Assembly (NCBI GenBank): GCA_964016885.1
Contig: OZ024755.1
Span: forward strand, 18,662,001 to 18,726,000
Length of the DNA: 64,000 bases
Reading direction: 5' to 3'
Source of the DNA: Eledone cirrhosa
Taxonomy: Eukaryota
The notes under the pieces are model-generated. The model worked only from the letters and a program-made list of their open reading frames with translations, was not told the origin of the DNA and searched no databases. How positions within the stretch are numbered: position 1 is the stretch's first letter; every line of letters starts with the position of its first letter. The position numbers were made by a program, and so were the translations under genes. Below are positions 14,000 to 27,374 of the stretch, in pieces.

Positions 14000-14632
14000 A
14001 TCATCATCATCATCATCACCGTTTTACGTCCGTTCTTCCACGCTAGCATGGGTTAGACGGGTTGTCCTGTTGTGGGCAGTGTCTGGTCGGCTGACCATGC
14101 CTTGCTCATACAGGAACTGATCTGGCTTGATTTCTACAGCTGGATGCCCTTCCTAACACCAACCTCATTTACAGTGAGTGCTGGGTGCTTTTTCGTGGCG
14201 CCTACACGTCCACTTTACAGTGTGGGCTGGGTGCTTTTTTGCCGTGGCACCTCCACGGCCACCTTGCGGTGGAGGGGGGGGGGGGCATATTGTTTATATG
14301 CTTCAGCATGTACCCATGGGAGGTCGGGTACCCTGTATTACTGCGTGACGCCAGAAGTCACGGTCGTGTGTCATTGACTTTGAGAGGTGTAGTTGGGTAA
14401 GGTCGGCTTTTATCACCTCATCCCAAGTCATCTTGGGTCTCCCCACTCCGCGGTTTCCATCAACTTCTAGTGCTCTGCACCTTTTTATGCAGCTGTCATC
14501 CTTCATACGCATCACATGTCCATACCAGCGTAACCGCCTCTCCTGCACGCAGCATTTGATTCCTCTTATGCTCAGTCTCTCTCTCAATTCCTTTATGCTT
14601 TGTCGTTCACGTATATTACTGTTACACATCCA
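14000..14632 (-). mobile_element. 5'-truncated RTE-clade LINE (ORF C-terminus, 3'UTR, (ATG)n tail)
   Basis: ORF 14303-14629 reads ...VQERRLRWYGHVMRMKDDSCIKRCRALEVDGNRGVGRPKMTWDEVIKADL, the RLRWxGHV...GRP.TW signature of RTE ORF ends. Confidence 0.9.
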
Positions 14633-14693
14633 TGTTACACATCCATATATATGTATGTATATATATATATATATATATATACATACATATATA

Positions 14694-14884
14694 TATATTC
14701 TTTTTATGTTTTTGAACTTTTTTCATGTTTTTGAACACTTTTTCATAAAGTATTTTTTTTCTTCTCCACTGTATTAAAAAAAAAACATAAAAAGAATATA
14801 TATATATGTATATATATATATATTCTTTTTATGTTTTTTTTAATGCAGTGGAGAAGAAAAAAAATACTTTATGAAAAAAGTTCA
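14694..14884. repeat. Inverted repeat centred on a (TA)n tract
   Basis: ~60-bp arms CTTTTTCATAAAGTATTTTTTTTCTTCTCCACTGTATTAAAA...AAGAA and TTCTT...TTTTAATGCAGTGGAGAAGAAAAAAAATACTTTATGAAAAA flank (TA)n at 14796-14823. Confidence 0.85.
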
Positions 14885-16249
14885 CTGAAATTGGAACCCT
14901 GCAGAGATTTCTTTTTCACTAAGAAAATATTCTTAATGAGAAAAATATAATCATTCTGAGATGATAGATATTTTGCTAGTCTCAGTTCCATCATATTATA
15001 TCAAGCTAGTTTTTTTTTCCACCCCAGATCAATCTGCTTGTATATTTGACACAGTCAGGTGTTTATAACAAAGAAACGGCTGGTTGGTTGATTGGTATAT
15101 CAAAGTGTTTTTATATAGTTAAGTTAGTCTGAACATATTTAATGCAGAGTACATAAAAAAAATTAATAACTAGAAATAATTACATAATGAGGAAACAATA
15201 ATATTAGTGAATGACAAATATTACTTTCATTTTTTTTAGGAGTGGGGGCTAGTACTAGGGATAATTCTGTACATGTTTCGGTATTATTATGGCCTCAACA
15301 GCAAAACTTAGTTTTTACCATACTTGCCAAATTAGTGAAGAAATGATTTCTGAGTAAATATACAAAATTGTACGTTGGTTATTGCAGAAAAATAGAATTG
15401 TTTAGAGAATAATTTACAGACACCATCTGCATGAAAAAACAATAGCTAAGTTAGTATTAACATCACCCTTGCAAGCAGGGAAAAGTGGACGTTAAATGAA
15501 ATGATGATGAATGCAAAAAGCATTATGTAGTTTGTTTTATTTTTGCAGGGGGGAGTATTTTTTTTACTGTTTAGTCAGGGAAGGAAGCGTAGTGTCGCTT
15601 GTCCTTTCTAGGGCCTCTAAAACTGGTAGGAAAGTGGAAAGCTCCCTCAAACCAGAAACTTGGTCTGAGTGATTGGAACAAAGTAGACTTGGCTAAAGAT
15701 ACCCAATCAATAATTATAATCATCCTCTTCAATTTAGTCGAAGTTGATTGATATATTAATGATTCTCACATTATATGATCAATATTTAAAACAGACAAAA
15801 AAAGAGAAAGTAATAAAGAAAAATGAATAAATTTACTTTACCGCTACAACTGGCATCATTACTAAATCCTTCTTAAGCTCAGTGTAAAAAACATTAGAAT
15901 GCAACCGCAAAGTAAAAAAACAACAAAGAAACTAACATAAAAAACAAGTTTTATCTAATAGGACATATTCACCTTTTTTTGAGATGACTGACATATTATC
16001 CAAGATAGTTTCATGAGAGAAAAATATGAATAATGGGTCGTAAAATATGGTAATTATTTCTTTTTAGAAGAAAAAAAAAAAAACCCTTGCGGGCCAGAAT
16101 GACATTTGAAAAACCTTTACTAATCCAATATATATATCAGTGGTTGTCACTAACTGCTGCTTCTGTCAGAAAATGACAACGTAATCAACATGTATGGGAG
16201 GGTGTAATTTCTTTCAAGATAATATAGACCAAATAAATGAATAATATAT

Positions 16250-16905
16250 ATCATCATCATCATCATCAACGTTTAACGTCCGTGTTCCACGCTTGCATGG
16301 GTTTGGACGGGGGTAGTCCCACTTGAGGCAAGAGTGATTGTCTTGCTCGCATAGGACTGTCTGGCAGGTTTTCTACAGTTGGATGCCCTTCCTAACACCA
16401 ACCACATTTACAGTGTGGGTCTGGGAGGTTTTTACCGTGTTGCCTACACGGCCACATTACAGCGTGGACTGTGTGTTTTTATGTCGTGACACCTACACGA
16501 TCTCATTTGTTTCGGCCTCGATGGCGCGGCACCAACATAACTTTACATAGAACGGGGTGGTGTGGATCGGGTGGGGGTGGTGGTGGTGGGACGGGGTGTA
16601 TTTTGTTAGAGATGCCTACTGGCTGGAGTAGGTTTTACTATATATTTAGGTAAGGCGGGTCTTCTCTGTTACTGAGTACCGCCAAAGGTCTCGGTCCAGT
16701 GACATTGTCTTGGAGAGGTGTAAGTGTGTGATGTCGGAGTTTATCAGCTTGTCCCAGGTTTTTCTAGGTCTGCCTATTCCGTGACTACCGTCTATCTTTA
16801 TTGCCCTGCACTTTGTTATACAGCTATCGACTTTCATGCGCATCACGTGTCCATACCAACGTAGCCTTCTCTCGAGTAAACAACATCTGATCCCTCTTAT
16901 CTCTA
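16250..16905 (-). mobile_element. 5'-truncated RTE-clade LINE
   Basis: ORF 16646-16921 reads ...LERRLRWYGHVMRMKVDSCITKCRAIKIDGSHGIGRPRKTWDKLI, followed by 3'UTR and (ATG)n tail. Confidence 0.9.
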
Positions 16906-17020
16906 ATTTTTTATTATTCATTTATTACTTTCATTTTTCACTACCAAACCAACTTCTTACATGAAAGTTGATCAATATTTATGGTACGTCAAAATTATTT
17001 ATAAAACTGCTTATATATTG

Positions 17021-17086
17021 TATTTTATCTGAAGAAGGCATGCCATATTTTTAATATGGTATCCCCGAAATATGTATAATGAAATA
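17021..17086 (+). ncRNA. Minimal type-I hammerhead ribozyme motif
   Basis: TATTTTAT-CTGAAGA-stem II (GGCATGCCATATT/AATATGGTATCC)-GAAA-TATGTA-TA-ATGAAATA. Predicted cleavage after 17078. Confidence 0.7.
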
Positions 17087-17254
17087 AATATAGTTTTATA
17101 AATATAGTTTCCATTTGTTTAATATCGTATATATATATATATATATATATATACGATATTAAACAAATGGAAACTATATTTATAAAACCATATTTATTTC
17201 ATTATACATATTTCAGGGATACCAAATTAAATTATGGTATGCCTTCATCAGACA
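17026..17254. mobile_element. Inverted (tail-to-tail) pair of hammerhead-bearing elements joined at (TA)n
   Basis: ~100-bp arms 17026-17127 and 17154-17254 are reverse complements around (TA)13. Confidence 0.8.
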
Positions 17255-17255
17255 A
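17195..17255 (-). ncRNA. Minimal type-I hammerhead motif (short stem I)
   Basis: Minus strand: TTGT-CTGATGA-AGGCATACCA...TGGTATCCCT-GAAA-TATGTA-TA-ATGAAATA. Confidence 0.6.
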
Positions 17256-17286
17256 TGTTGTATCCCAACAATTTTAAATAGAACTT

Positions 17287-17326
<40 letters not shown>

Positions 17327-17534
17327 TGTGTAGCTCCTTATATACTGGGACTACAGCTAACTTCTTACATCTACCTACTAATATAGTGCCTGGAGTCAAA
17401 ATATATGTTTTCCTCCTCAGTGACATAGCATGTATTACATGTATTAATACTGACACAGTTGCTCTAGATATGATAATCCCTAGAGTCAAAATATCTTTTC
17501 CCTCTTAGTGACATAACAGGTATTAGTATTGACA

Positions 17535-18020
17535 TTAGAGAGAGACAGAGAACGAGACAGAGAATGAGAGACAGAGAACGAGGGGGCGAGAACGATGGGG
17601 AGAGAACGAGGGGGAGAGAACAAGAGACAGAGAAATAGGGGGAGAGAAGAGGGGGAGAGAACGAGGGGGAGAGAAGAGGGGGAGAGAACGAGGGGGAGAG
17701 AAGAGGGGGAGAGAACGAGGGGGAGAGAACGAGAGGGAGAGAACGAGAGGGAGAGAACGAGGGGGAGAGAAAGAGGGGGAGAGAACGAGAGACAGAGAAA
17801 GAGGGGAGAGAAAGAGGGGGAGAGAACGAGGGGGAGAGAACAAGAGACAGAGAAAGAGGGGGAGAGAACGAGGGGGAGAGAACGAGGGGGAGAGAACGAT
17901 GGGGAGAGAACGAGGGGCAGAGAACGATGGGGAGAGAACGAGGGGGAGAGAACGATGGGGAGAGAACGAGAGACAGAGAAAGAGGGGGAGAGAAAGAGGG
18001 GGAGAGAAAGAGAGGGAGAG
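17535..18020. repeat. Purine-rich minisatellite, ~15-bp unit (GAGAACGAGGGGGAG)
   Basis: Directly visible. Explains the Ser/Pro/Leu and Arg/Glu/Gly ORFs. Confidence 0.9.
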
Positions 18021-18286
18021 TGTGTTTACAACAAAACATTTATATCGTGGTAGAGTCACTATATGGAGGTCAGACAAAATGCCTCACTACAGTATTTGTT
18101 CTGGCTTTATATAATATTCTGAGTTCAAATCCTGTTGAGGTTAATTTTACCTTTCATCCTTCTGGGGTCAAATACTTGGATCAATATTACTGACTTCTCC
18201 CCTCCTACTTCCCAAACTGCAGACCTTGTGTCTAAATTAGAAACCATGATTACTATATTGTTACAAATAAGTGAAGTAAATACAAT

Positions 18287-18471
18287 AATTGTTTCTACGT
18301 TAGGCACAAGGCCAGCAAATACCCAGTGTATTACTGGTACTTTATTTTATCGACCCGGTAAGGATGAAAGGCAAAGTTAACCTCGGCGGGATTTGAACTC
18401 AGAATGGCAAGGGCCGTAACTCTATGCGTCAAAGAATGGCGTCCGACCCTCTACCAATACTGCCAATCCAC
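18287..18471 (-). mobile_element. SINE family B
   Basis: Family match. Confidence 0.85.
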
Positions 18472-18897
18472 TCAGTGTGTGTATTTAATAGCTACAAAAC
18501 ACTCTTCCATGATGAAAATATTTTAGCAAGAAACATGATCTAAAAGATCAGCATTGTCATCATCATCATCATCATCATCGAAGCGAGGCTACTGATTTCT
18601 CAGACAGGCCAGGCACCATCATCCTGCTTACCTACGGTCTTAGGTTCTACAGAGTGCACAGGAGAGGTTGCCATGTGTTTTTTGACACAAACTGAAGGGT
18701 CCTACCAACCCTTTGTTTGGTAAGCTTTCTATGGTTGTATGCTCTTCCCATCACCAACCACTTTACACTATGTACAGGGTGCATTTATCATGTAGGTCAC
18801 CAACACCAGGGAGGCCGTCATGTCCTTAATGCTACACTTAGTTAATAGACAGTACAGGAATATATAAAACTGAAACAAACAGAACAGAAGTCTATTA

Positions 18898-19305
18898 TGG
18901 ATTGGCAGTATCAGTAGAGGGTCGGACGCCATGCTTTCCAGCATAGTTACGTCCCTTTACGATCTGAGTTCAAATCCCGCCGAGGCTGACTTTGCTTTTC
19001 ATCCTTACGGGGTCGATAAAATAAAGTATCAGTAATGCACTGGGTAATTGCTGGCCTTGTGCCTAAAGTAGAAACAATTATTAATTTACAGTGCAGCCTA
19101 AATATATAATGCATAATACTTGTTTCTACTTTTGGCACAAGGCCAGCAATTGTCCCAGTGCATTACTGGTACTTTATTTTATCGACCCAATAAGGATGAA
19201 AGGCAAAGTTAACCTCGGCAGGATTTGAACCCAGATCATAAAGGGAGGTAACTCTATGCTTCAAAGCATAGTGTCCGACCCTCTACCGATACTGCCAATC
19301 CACCA
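18898..19305. mobile_element. Tail-to-tail pair of SINE family B copies
   Basis: + copy 18898-19082, ~35-bp unique spacer, - copy 19118-19305. Confidence 0.85.
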
Positions 19306-19529
19306 TAATACTGTCATTCTGTTATTTCTAATATTCTATTATTCTACCATTTCTAAGGCAGTTGATAAAAAAATGGATTCCAAAGGCAACAGTAGTTTCA
19401 CTTGTCTTGTTACTTTCTTGTTTAATACTTATATCTGAAATACTATAAAGCTCCTGCTATAGCAGCAACTATAAGGAATCCCTCTTCAAGGGGCTCATAT
19501 GTTCATTTGATAGTACAGATAACATATGT

Positions 19530-19580
<51 letters not shown>

Positions 19581-19684
19581 TGAGAGGATGGAAGGGGAAG
19601 AGAGAGGAGGGAGGGGGAAGAGAGGAGAGAAGATAGGGAGAGGAGAGCAAAATGCGGGGAAAGAGGAGGAGAGAGAGAGGGGAG

Positions 19685-19747
<63 letters not shown>

Positions 19748-20657
19748 AGACAGAGAGAGAGAGAGAGAGAGAGATGGTAGATGAAACAACAATCAATTGC
19801 TCTTTCTTAACATTGTCTTGATATATGATATTTTCTTCCTCCTCCTCTTCTTCATACCCCTTTCTGCATAACTGAGTTTTGAAATAGATACTTTAACCCC
19901 CACCCGTGCAGCCATTTATCAGGGATCATTTTTTCTTCATTGTTCTGAGAAGAAACTTTGCTAAGATAAAAACAAAACAACAACAATGGCAACAAATTGT
20001 TTCTTTAACCATCACCATTTATATGAACAGAAGTGAATCAGTAGATTACTTTCCATATAACATGGTATGGTATGATCCCATAACTCCTGATAGTCATAGG
20101 AGCGCCATATTGACATGTGGGTGTTTCTTGAGCATTTTAAGCCTGGCAGAGCCCATCATCCCTCTCTAACCCTGAGCATAGCAGAAAATTTCTTCAAGAG
20201 AAAAATAGAAAGTGAGGGAGAGAGGAAATAAGAAAGAGATATAGATGAAGAATCGACCCCAGTACTAGACTGGTACTTTTTTTCTTTTTTTTAATCGACC
20301 TCGAAAGGACGAAAGGCAAAGTTGACCTCGGTGGCATTTGAACCCCAAGAACAGAGAGCCGGTATCCGATGTTCTAACAATTCTGCCAAATTATAGTCCA
20401 TCTCCCTATAATATACAGTAGTAGAAATATCAAGATAGTAGACTGTCTATAGCACTACAGCAATATTTGATAAAACAACAAATGATAATTTTAGTAAAAA
20501 AAGAATAAACAATTTCAGAAAGTTTATTACTTGAAGCTATTGTTCTAATGAAATGTTTATATATTCTTAATTAAATTAATTAAGTAAGTTAATTGAAATA
20601 ATTAACTGAATTAATTAGTCAAGTTGATTCAGTTTCTCTTGTACAGTATTTATAGCG

Positions 20658-20872
20658 ATGGATTAACAGAATCGGTAGAGTGTTGGGCAACATGTTTTGC
20701 AGCATAGAGTTATGGCTGTTTAAATTCTGAGTTCAAATCCCATCCAGGTTAACTTTGCCTTTCATCCTTATGAGGTTGATAAAATAAAGTACCAGTAATG
20801 CACTGGGTTGATTTAGTTGACTTTCTCCTGCCCTTAAATTGCTGGCCTTGTGCCAAATGTAGAAAGAATTAT
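20658..20872 (+). mobile_element. SINE family B (older variant)
   Basis: Family match, with the longer internal segment. A partial copy also lies at 21216-21342. Confidence 0.75.
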
Positions 20873-22041
20873 TTACAGAACACATGCTGTTGTCACAACA
20901 TTAGTTAACTGGTGTATGGATAGATTAAGTTTAACACTTTGTACATGTGTTGGTATTTACTCAAGGTAGACTGTGTCAGCTTCAACCAGTGGGTTGACAG
21001 GGGTTACTTAAGTATGGTCATCAGAGGCTGTGTCAGCTTCAACCAGTGGGTTGACAGAGGTCACCTATATATGATGATCACAGATATCTAACACAGATAT
21101 TGTTGCCTAGTCAGGATTTCAGGTGAGGGCCAGATATTAGCTCAGGGTTCCAGGTGAGGTACTAGTAGATAAAATGGTTTTATTATAAATACTAAGTTCT
21201 GAGCTCAAATCCTGCCAAGGTTAGTTATTCCTTTCATTCTTACAAGGTTGATAAAATAAAGTACCAGTAATGAACTAGGGTTGATTTAATAGACTTTCCC
21301 CTCACCGAAAATTGTTGGCCTTGTGCTTAAATCAGGAACCATGATGAAGACTAAATATAAAAGGAAATGTGAGATGCACCAGTAAGTAATATGGCTTTAT
21401 TATAAATACTAGATAAGGAATGAGATGAAAGAGGCACCAGTAATATTCCTGTAGTTTACCAAGATGACAATGAATCATTGTTAAAGGGCAATGACACGTT
21501 AATAAAGAGAAAGGGAGGGTTAAATCAAAGACTTACATTGAGATTTAGGTCAGTGTTTTTACTGAATAAACCGTAAGTGATAGCCTTGAAGTTATATATA
21601 TATTACTTCAAGGCTATATATATAGGGCTGCTGAAATATATATATATATATTACTATACCTTGGGGCTGCTGAAATATATATATATATAATTGAAAGGAT
21701 CACTAATTTCTCAACAACTACTGAGGAGCAGAGAAACATGAAAACTTCACTTTATAAGTCATTGCGAAACAGTCTCCAATACTGTCTAGTTGTTACCAGG
21801 CATTTTGCCCAATATAGGTCTGTTATTTTTCTTAATTTAATATTTAAAGTTAAGGATAACAAACTATATTGCTGTAGTTAGTATTTTTTCACCCTAGCAA
21901 ATCTGGTCCTTATGATTCGAACACATGTATGTTTATATTAGTGTTCATCTCTCTTGTTTATTCAATTATATTGTACGGTTCGGAAAAGCTTTTTTCTTAG
22001 AGATATTTAATTGTAAGAGACTACTCTGAGTTCTTAACTCA

Positions 22042-22088
<47 letters not shown>

Positions 22089-22543
22089 TCCATCAAGGCA
22101 TTGACATTCTACCTGACTGAAGCAACTCAACCAGTTATTCAGTTGATTAGCAAAAGAAGATTCACTCCCTTCATCATATAACATAACATAACACATTTTC
22201 AAGCTACATACTTATATATATGCTATACAGTAATTCTAAACAATGTGACAAATAACTGTACATGGTGTTATTTCAATTTCAAACAGAGCTGAAATTACAT
22301 ACTAAAATACAACTGAAACTTGTAACTGGTTGAGTCATAATAAAGATAAATAAACAATATATTATTTGTTTTATGTTGTTATTTCTCTTTTGAATCTAGT
22401 AACATGCAGAGAGTTTTTACCAAACTAAATGTTTATCTTTTCCTATTACACTTGATCACTCTTCTATAGAATACATAGAAATAAAATAAAATAAAGCTAA
22501 CAATCTCCTAGTAGTGTGTGTATACATACACACACACACACAC

Positions 22544-22588
<45 letters not shown>

Positions 22589-23261
22589 TATATATATGCA
22601 TATACACACAGACATGCACACACACAAACACACACAATATATATTTATTTATATATAAAGACACAACAAACTAAAATCTTGCAGAAATGAACTCAATCCC
22701 TGATAGGTGGATGGTAGTGGGTGGTAGTGGATGGTGGTAAATGAGAGGAATAAACAGTATCTATGACTAACTGTACAGCATGTACACTAACCTAAACAGT
22801 GAGAATTACAAGTAAACATACTAGATAGGTCATCAACTAACAAGCTTTAGCAATAATATAAAATACTATATAAACAATAATGAGGTAAACTTGAAAATAG
22901 GCAGCAAATTATAAAAACATAAATAGAAGATGACATGAAGTTAGAGGAAGTAATAGTATAAGACATGAAATCAATACTTCCTAAACTCATTCCTTTTACC
23001 AAACCCACTTAGACTTCATTGAAAATACACCTGAATATATTTTACATAGAGAATATTTCTATAGAAAGAAGTCTTAGTTTTCATATTTAGTATTTGGAGA
23101 AATATAACTTGTCATATAAATAGTCATAATACATTTATATGTAAAAGTTCTAAAGAGCTTAATTCCTGTTTTACTTTAAATTTCTATATGTAACATACAT
23201 ATTTGCTTGTTACAAAATAAATATGTATGTGTATATATATATTTTTTCATTTTTTTTTTTT

Positions 23262-23851
23262 TTTTTACGTCCGCTTTTTCCCTGCTTGCAAGGGTGGGAC
23301 GGGAACTGATTCTGGCTTGATTTCTACAGCTGGATGCCCTTCCTAACGCCAACCTCATTTACAGTGAGTGCTGGGTGCTTTTTTGCCGTGGCACTTCCAC
23401 GGCCACTTTCCAGTGGAATGATAGGGACACCAGTCCCTATCATCTCATTTCTACAGCTGAGTAAACTGGAGCAATGTGAAATAAAGTGTCTTGCTCAAGG
23501 AAACAACACATCACCCGGTCTGAGAATTGAACTCACAACCTTTCGATTGCAAGGCCAATGCTCTAACCACTAAGCCATGTGCCTCCATTGTGTTGTTTCC
23601 TTGAGCAAGACACTTTATTTCACATTGCTCCAGTTTACTCAGCTGTAGAAATGAGATGATAGGGACTGGGGTCCATATCATTCCACTGCAAAGTGGTCGT
23701 GTAGGTGCCATGGAAAAAAAAGCACCCAGCACTCACTCTAAAATGAGGTTGGTGTTAGGAAGGGCATCCAGCTGTAGAAATCAAGCCAGCATCAGTTCCC
23801 GTCCCACCCTTGCAAGCAGGGAAAAGCAGACGTAAAATGAAATGATGATGA

Positions 23852-23854
<3 letters not shown>
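23262..23854. mobile_element. Head-to-head SINE family A pair (full - copy plus 5'-truncated + copy)
   Basis: - copy 23262-23587 directly abuts + copy 23589-23854, which lacks the tRNA head. Confidence 0.9.
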
Positions 23855-23888
<34 letters not shown>

Positions 23889-23981
23889 CAAACAGAAAAC
23901 TACATAAAATCTCATAAAAGAGAGGTAGGTAAAATTGGGTGTATATATTTGAAATTGCAACAGATATATACATTAAATAAA

Positions 23982-25200
23982 GTGTTTACAAACATGTATT
24001 CATGAGTATATATGTATGTGAAATGAGTATATATACATATGTGTGTGTATGTATATATGCATGTGTGTGCATATGTGTGTATGTATGTATGCATTATCTG
24101 TGTATGTGTGTGTGTATATATATATACATACATGTGTGTATGTATGTGAAATGTTTACAAACATGTATTCATGAGTATATATGTATGTGAAATGAGTATA
24201 TATACATATGTGTGTGTATGTATATATGCATGTGTGTGCATATGTGTGTATGTATGTATGCATTATCTGTGTATGTGTGTGTGTATATATATATACATAC
24301 ATGTGTGTATGTATGTGAAATGTTTACAAACATGTATTCATGAGTATATATGTATGTGAAATGAGTATATATACATATGTGTGTGTATGTATATATGCAT
24401 GTGTGTGCATATGTGTGTATGTATGTATGCATTATCTGTGTATGTGTGTGTGTATATATATATACATACATGTGTGTATGTATGTGAAATGTTTACAAAC
24501 ATGTATTCATGAGTATATATGTATGTGAAATGAGTATATATACATATGTGTGTGTATGTATATATGCATGTGTGTGCATATGTGTGTATGTATGTATGCA
24601 TTATCTGTGTATGTGTGTGTGTATATATATATACATACATGTGTGTATGTATGTGAAATGTTTACAAACATGTATTCATGAGTATATATGTATGTGAAAT
24701 GAGTATATATGCATTTGCATGTGTATGTATATATGCATGTGTGTGCATATGTGTGTATGTATGTATGCATTATCTGTGTATGTGTGTGTGTATATATATA
24801 TACATACATGTGTGTATGTATGTGAAATGTTTACAAACATGTATTCATGAGTATATATGTATGTGAAATGAGTATATATGCATTTGCGTGTATGTATATA
24901 TGCATGTGTGTGCATATGTGTGTATGTATGTATGCATTATCTGTGTATGTGTGTGTGTATATATATATACATACATGTGTGTATGTATGTGAAATGTTTA
25001 CAAACATGTATTCATGAGTATATATGTATGTGAAATGAGTATATATGCATTTGCGTGTATGTATATATGCATGTGTGTGCATATGTGTGTATGTATGTAT
25101 GCATTATCTGTGTATGTGTGTGTGTATATATATATACATGTGTGTATGTATGTGAAATGAGTATATATGCATTTGCGTGTATGTATATGCATGTGTATGG
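23982..25200. repeat. 169-bp tandem repeat built from TA/TG microsatellite pieces, ~7 copies
   Basis: TGTTTACAAACATGTATTCATGAG recurs every 169 bp (ORF coordinates 24000/24169/24338/24507/24676). The last units are 167 bp. Confidence 0.95.
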
Positions 25201-25232
25201 ATGTGAACTGGTTCCATTATTTTCAGAATGAC

Positions 25233-25420
25233 AGTGGATAGGCAGTATTGGTAGAGGGTCGGACGTCATGCTTTGCAGCATAGAGTTACGGCCCTTTATG
25301 ATCTCAGTTCAAATCTTGCCGAGGTTAACTTTACCTTTTCATCCTTACAGTGTCGATAAAACACAGTACCAGTAATACACTGGGATAATTGCTGGCCTTG
25401 TGCCAAAAAGTAGAAACAAT
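25233..25420 (+). mobile_element. SINE family B with TSD
   Basis: Family match. TSD ATTATTTTCAGAATGAC at 25216-25232 and 25419-25435. Confidence 0.9.
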
Positions 25421-26232
25421 TATTTTCAGAATGACTGCCATCATATTATTCAAATACCACCCAAGAACAAGTGCCACTACACCTGGGAAACTTCTAAAGA
25501 TATTACCTGGTAGCCCAATGTTACTTTGGATTGTGACTCAATAACACACAGCGATACACGTGCATACACACACACACACACACAAAGAAACATATATATA
25601 TATATATATAATATATATAAAGGAATAAACACAGTAAATTGTGTGTTTAGAATTACAAGGGTAGCAAAACCACGTTGGTTTGACGAATATAAACTCTGAA
25701 TCAACGTAAACTACATATATATATATAAATATACTATATATAAAGTTATAAACTCAAACAGTCTTTTACAATTAAATAACTCAAAGAAAGAGTTTGTTTT
25801 TATTGATTTATTATTTTAAATCGAGACAGGCAAACTGTATTAATTTAATTAGTATTTTTCAATCTAGCTAACTTGGTCATTTGCAATACAAACACTTATA
25901 TACTTGTATTAGTGTTTATCATATATTCATTTGTATTATATATAAATTTCTGCATTTTCCATCCAGCAAATTTCACTCACATCAGTGTGAGGCTACAGCA
26001 GAAACAACTTGCTCAAGATGCCAAGCACTGGGAGTTAATCTAAAACCACATGGTTGTAAAATGAACTCCTTAACAACAAAGCCAGGCCTGTATCTATTTA
26101 ACCCGTTTGTTACTGAATATTCTAATGACATATATATTTCAATTAACATATAAAAGTGGATATACGTGTATTGAAATATAAGCCAACCTCCTAGTCTATG
26201 CCTGAGAAATGGGAATAATTTAAATCCCATTT

Positions 26233-26780
26233 ATCATCATCATCATCATCATCATCAGTCCCTTGACTTCTGTAGTCATCGGAGGTGGGGGGAGGGGTCC
26301 TACAACAGAAGCAGCACACACACAAAATAGTCTATCAACAGCGGCCGTGTCAACAAATCTAGTGTTGTCATTTGCGTCCATTCTTTGACATTGCCCAACT
26401 AATTTTTGCATTGGCGTCCCCTCCTGTGTCCAACTTCAACAGTGCCTTGCATGATGGTCTTGCACAGGTTGTCATGTCATGTGATGTGGCCAAACCATAC
26501 CAGTTTCATCCTCTTGACAGTGGCAAGGAGAGGTTCCTGGTGACCCACAAAACTTTTCACCTTACTCCGCACATAATTCATTGGTTTTACGTTCCCATGC
26601 ATTTGTCCTCAAATGGCTGGATCCTTCTCTCTGTTTCTGCCAAAAGTGTCCAGGTCTCACACCCATATAGGAGAATGGAGACTACCAGCAATTTGTAGAA
26701 TCTGTACTTGGTCTGAAAATTGATTTTGCTCTTCCATATTCTTGCCAATTTGGCCATCACTACCATAACTGCAGCAGCTA
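26233..26780 (-). mobile_element. Degenerate RTE-clade LINE fragment
   Basis: The minus strand encodes LYGCETWTL and KLVWFGHITRHD motifs with frameshifts, and ends in (ATG)n. Confidence 0.75.
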
Positions 26781-27374
26781 ATCAATATATTATGTTTAGA
26801 TAGCATATATAAACTGACCCTCCCACCAGTTTACCATCGATTTTTTTGGTCACATATTCCTCGGCTTATATTCAAGTGTATGCTGTAATTAATGAAGAAT
26901 TTACAGTGATTTACTAAAATTAGTAATTATATCATAATTAGAATTGTATTTGTAATATAACTTAACAAAAGTTTTTTTTTATATATAAAATTATGTTGGA
27001 AGATTGACATAAAACAAAAACCCCATTAATTTGTTTCATAAGAGCTAGAGTATGTTTTTGGCCAGGCTGGTATCAAAAGGGTTAAACATTTTGTAGATAG
27101 ATGAAACAAGACATCCACCCACCTCACACCACTCAGCACGTATTGAACTCAGAAATAGGTGGTACCCCCCCCCCCCCAAAAAAAAAACATTTGATAAATA
27201 AGAATTTCTTTCATTGGTACAATAGCAAAAATTAGTAGGGAAGGCAGAGTCAGTCATTCAAATCGTCTCCAGCCAATTTACTGGTACATATATTAATGAG
27301 AAAGGGAAGACAATGTCAAAAAGATGTAACTAAATACTGCAAAACATTTAGTGCCTCATTTTATTGTCTTTACT

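Noticed and set aside
21580-21617. Small inverted repeat around (TA)n
   Set aside because: Arms of only ~13 bp are too short to assign to the palindrome family, though the geometry is similar.
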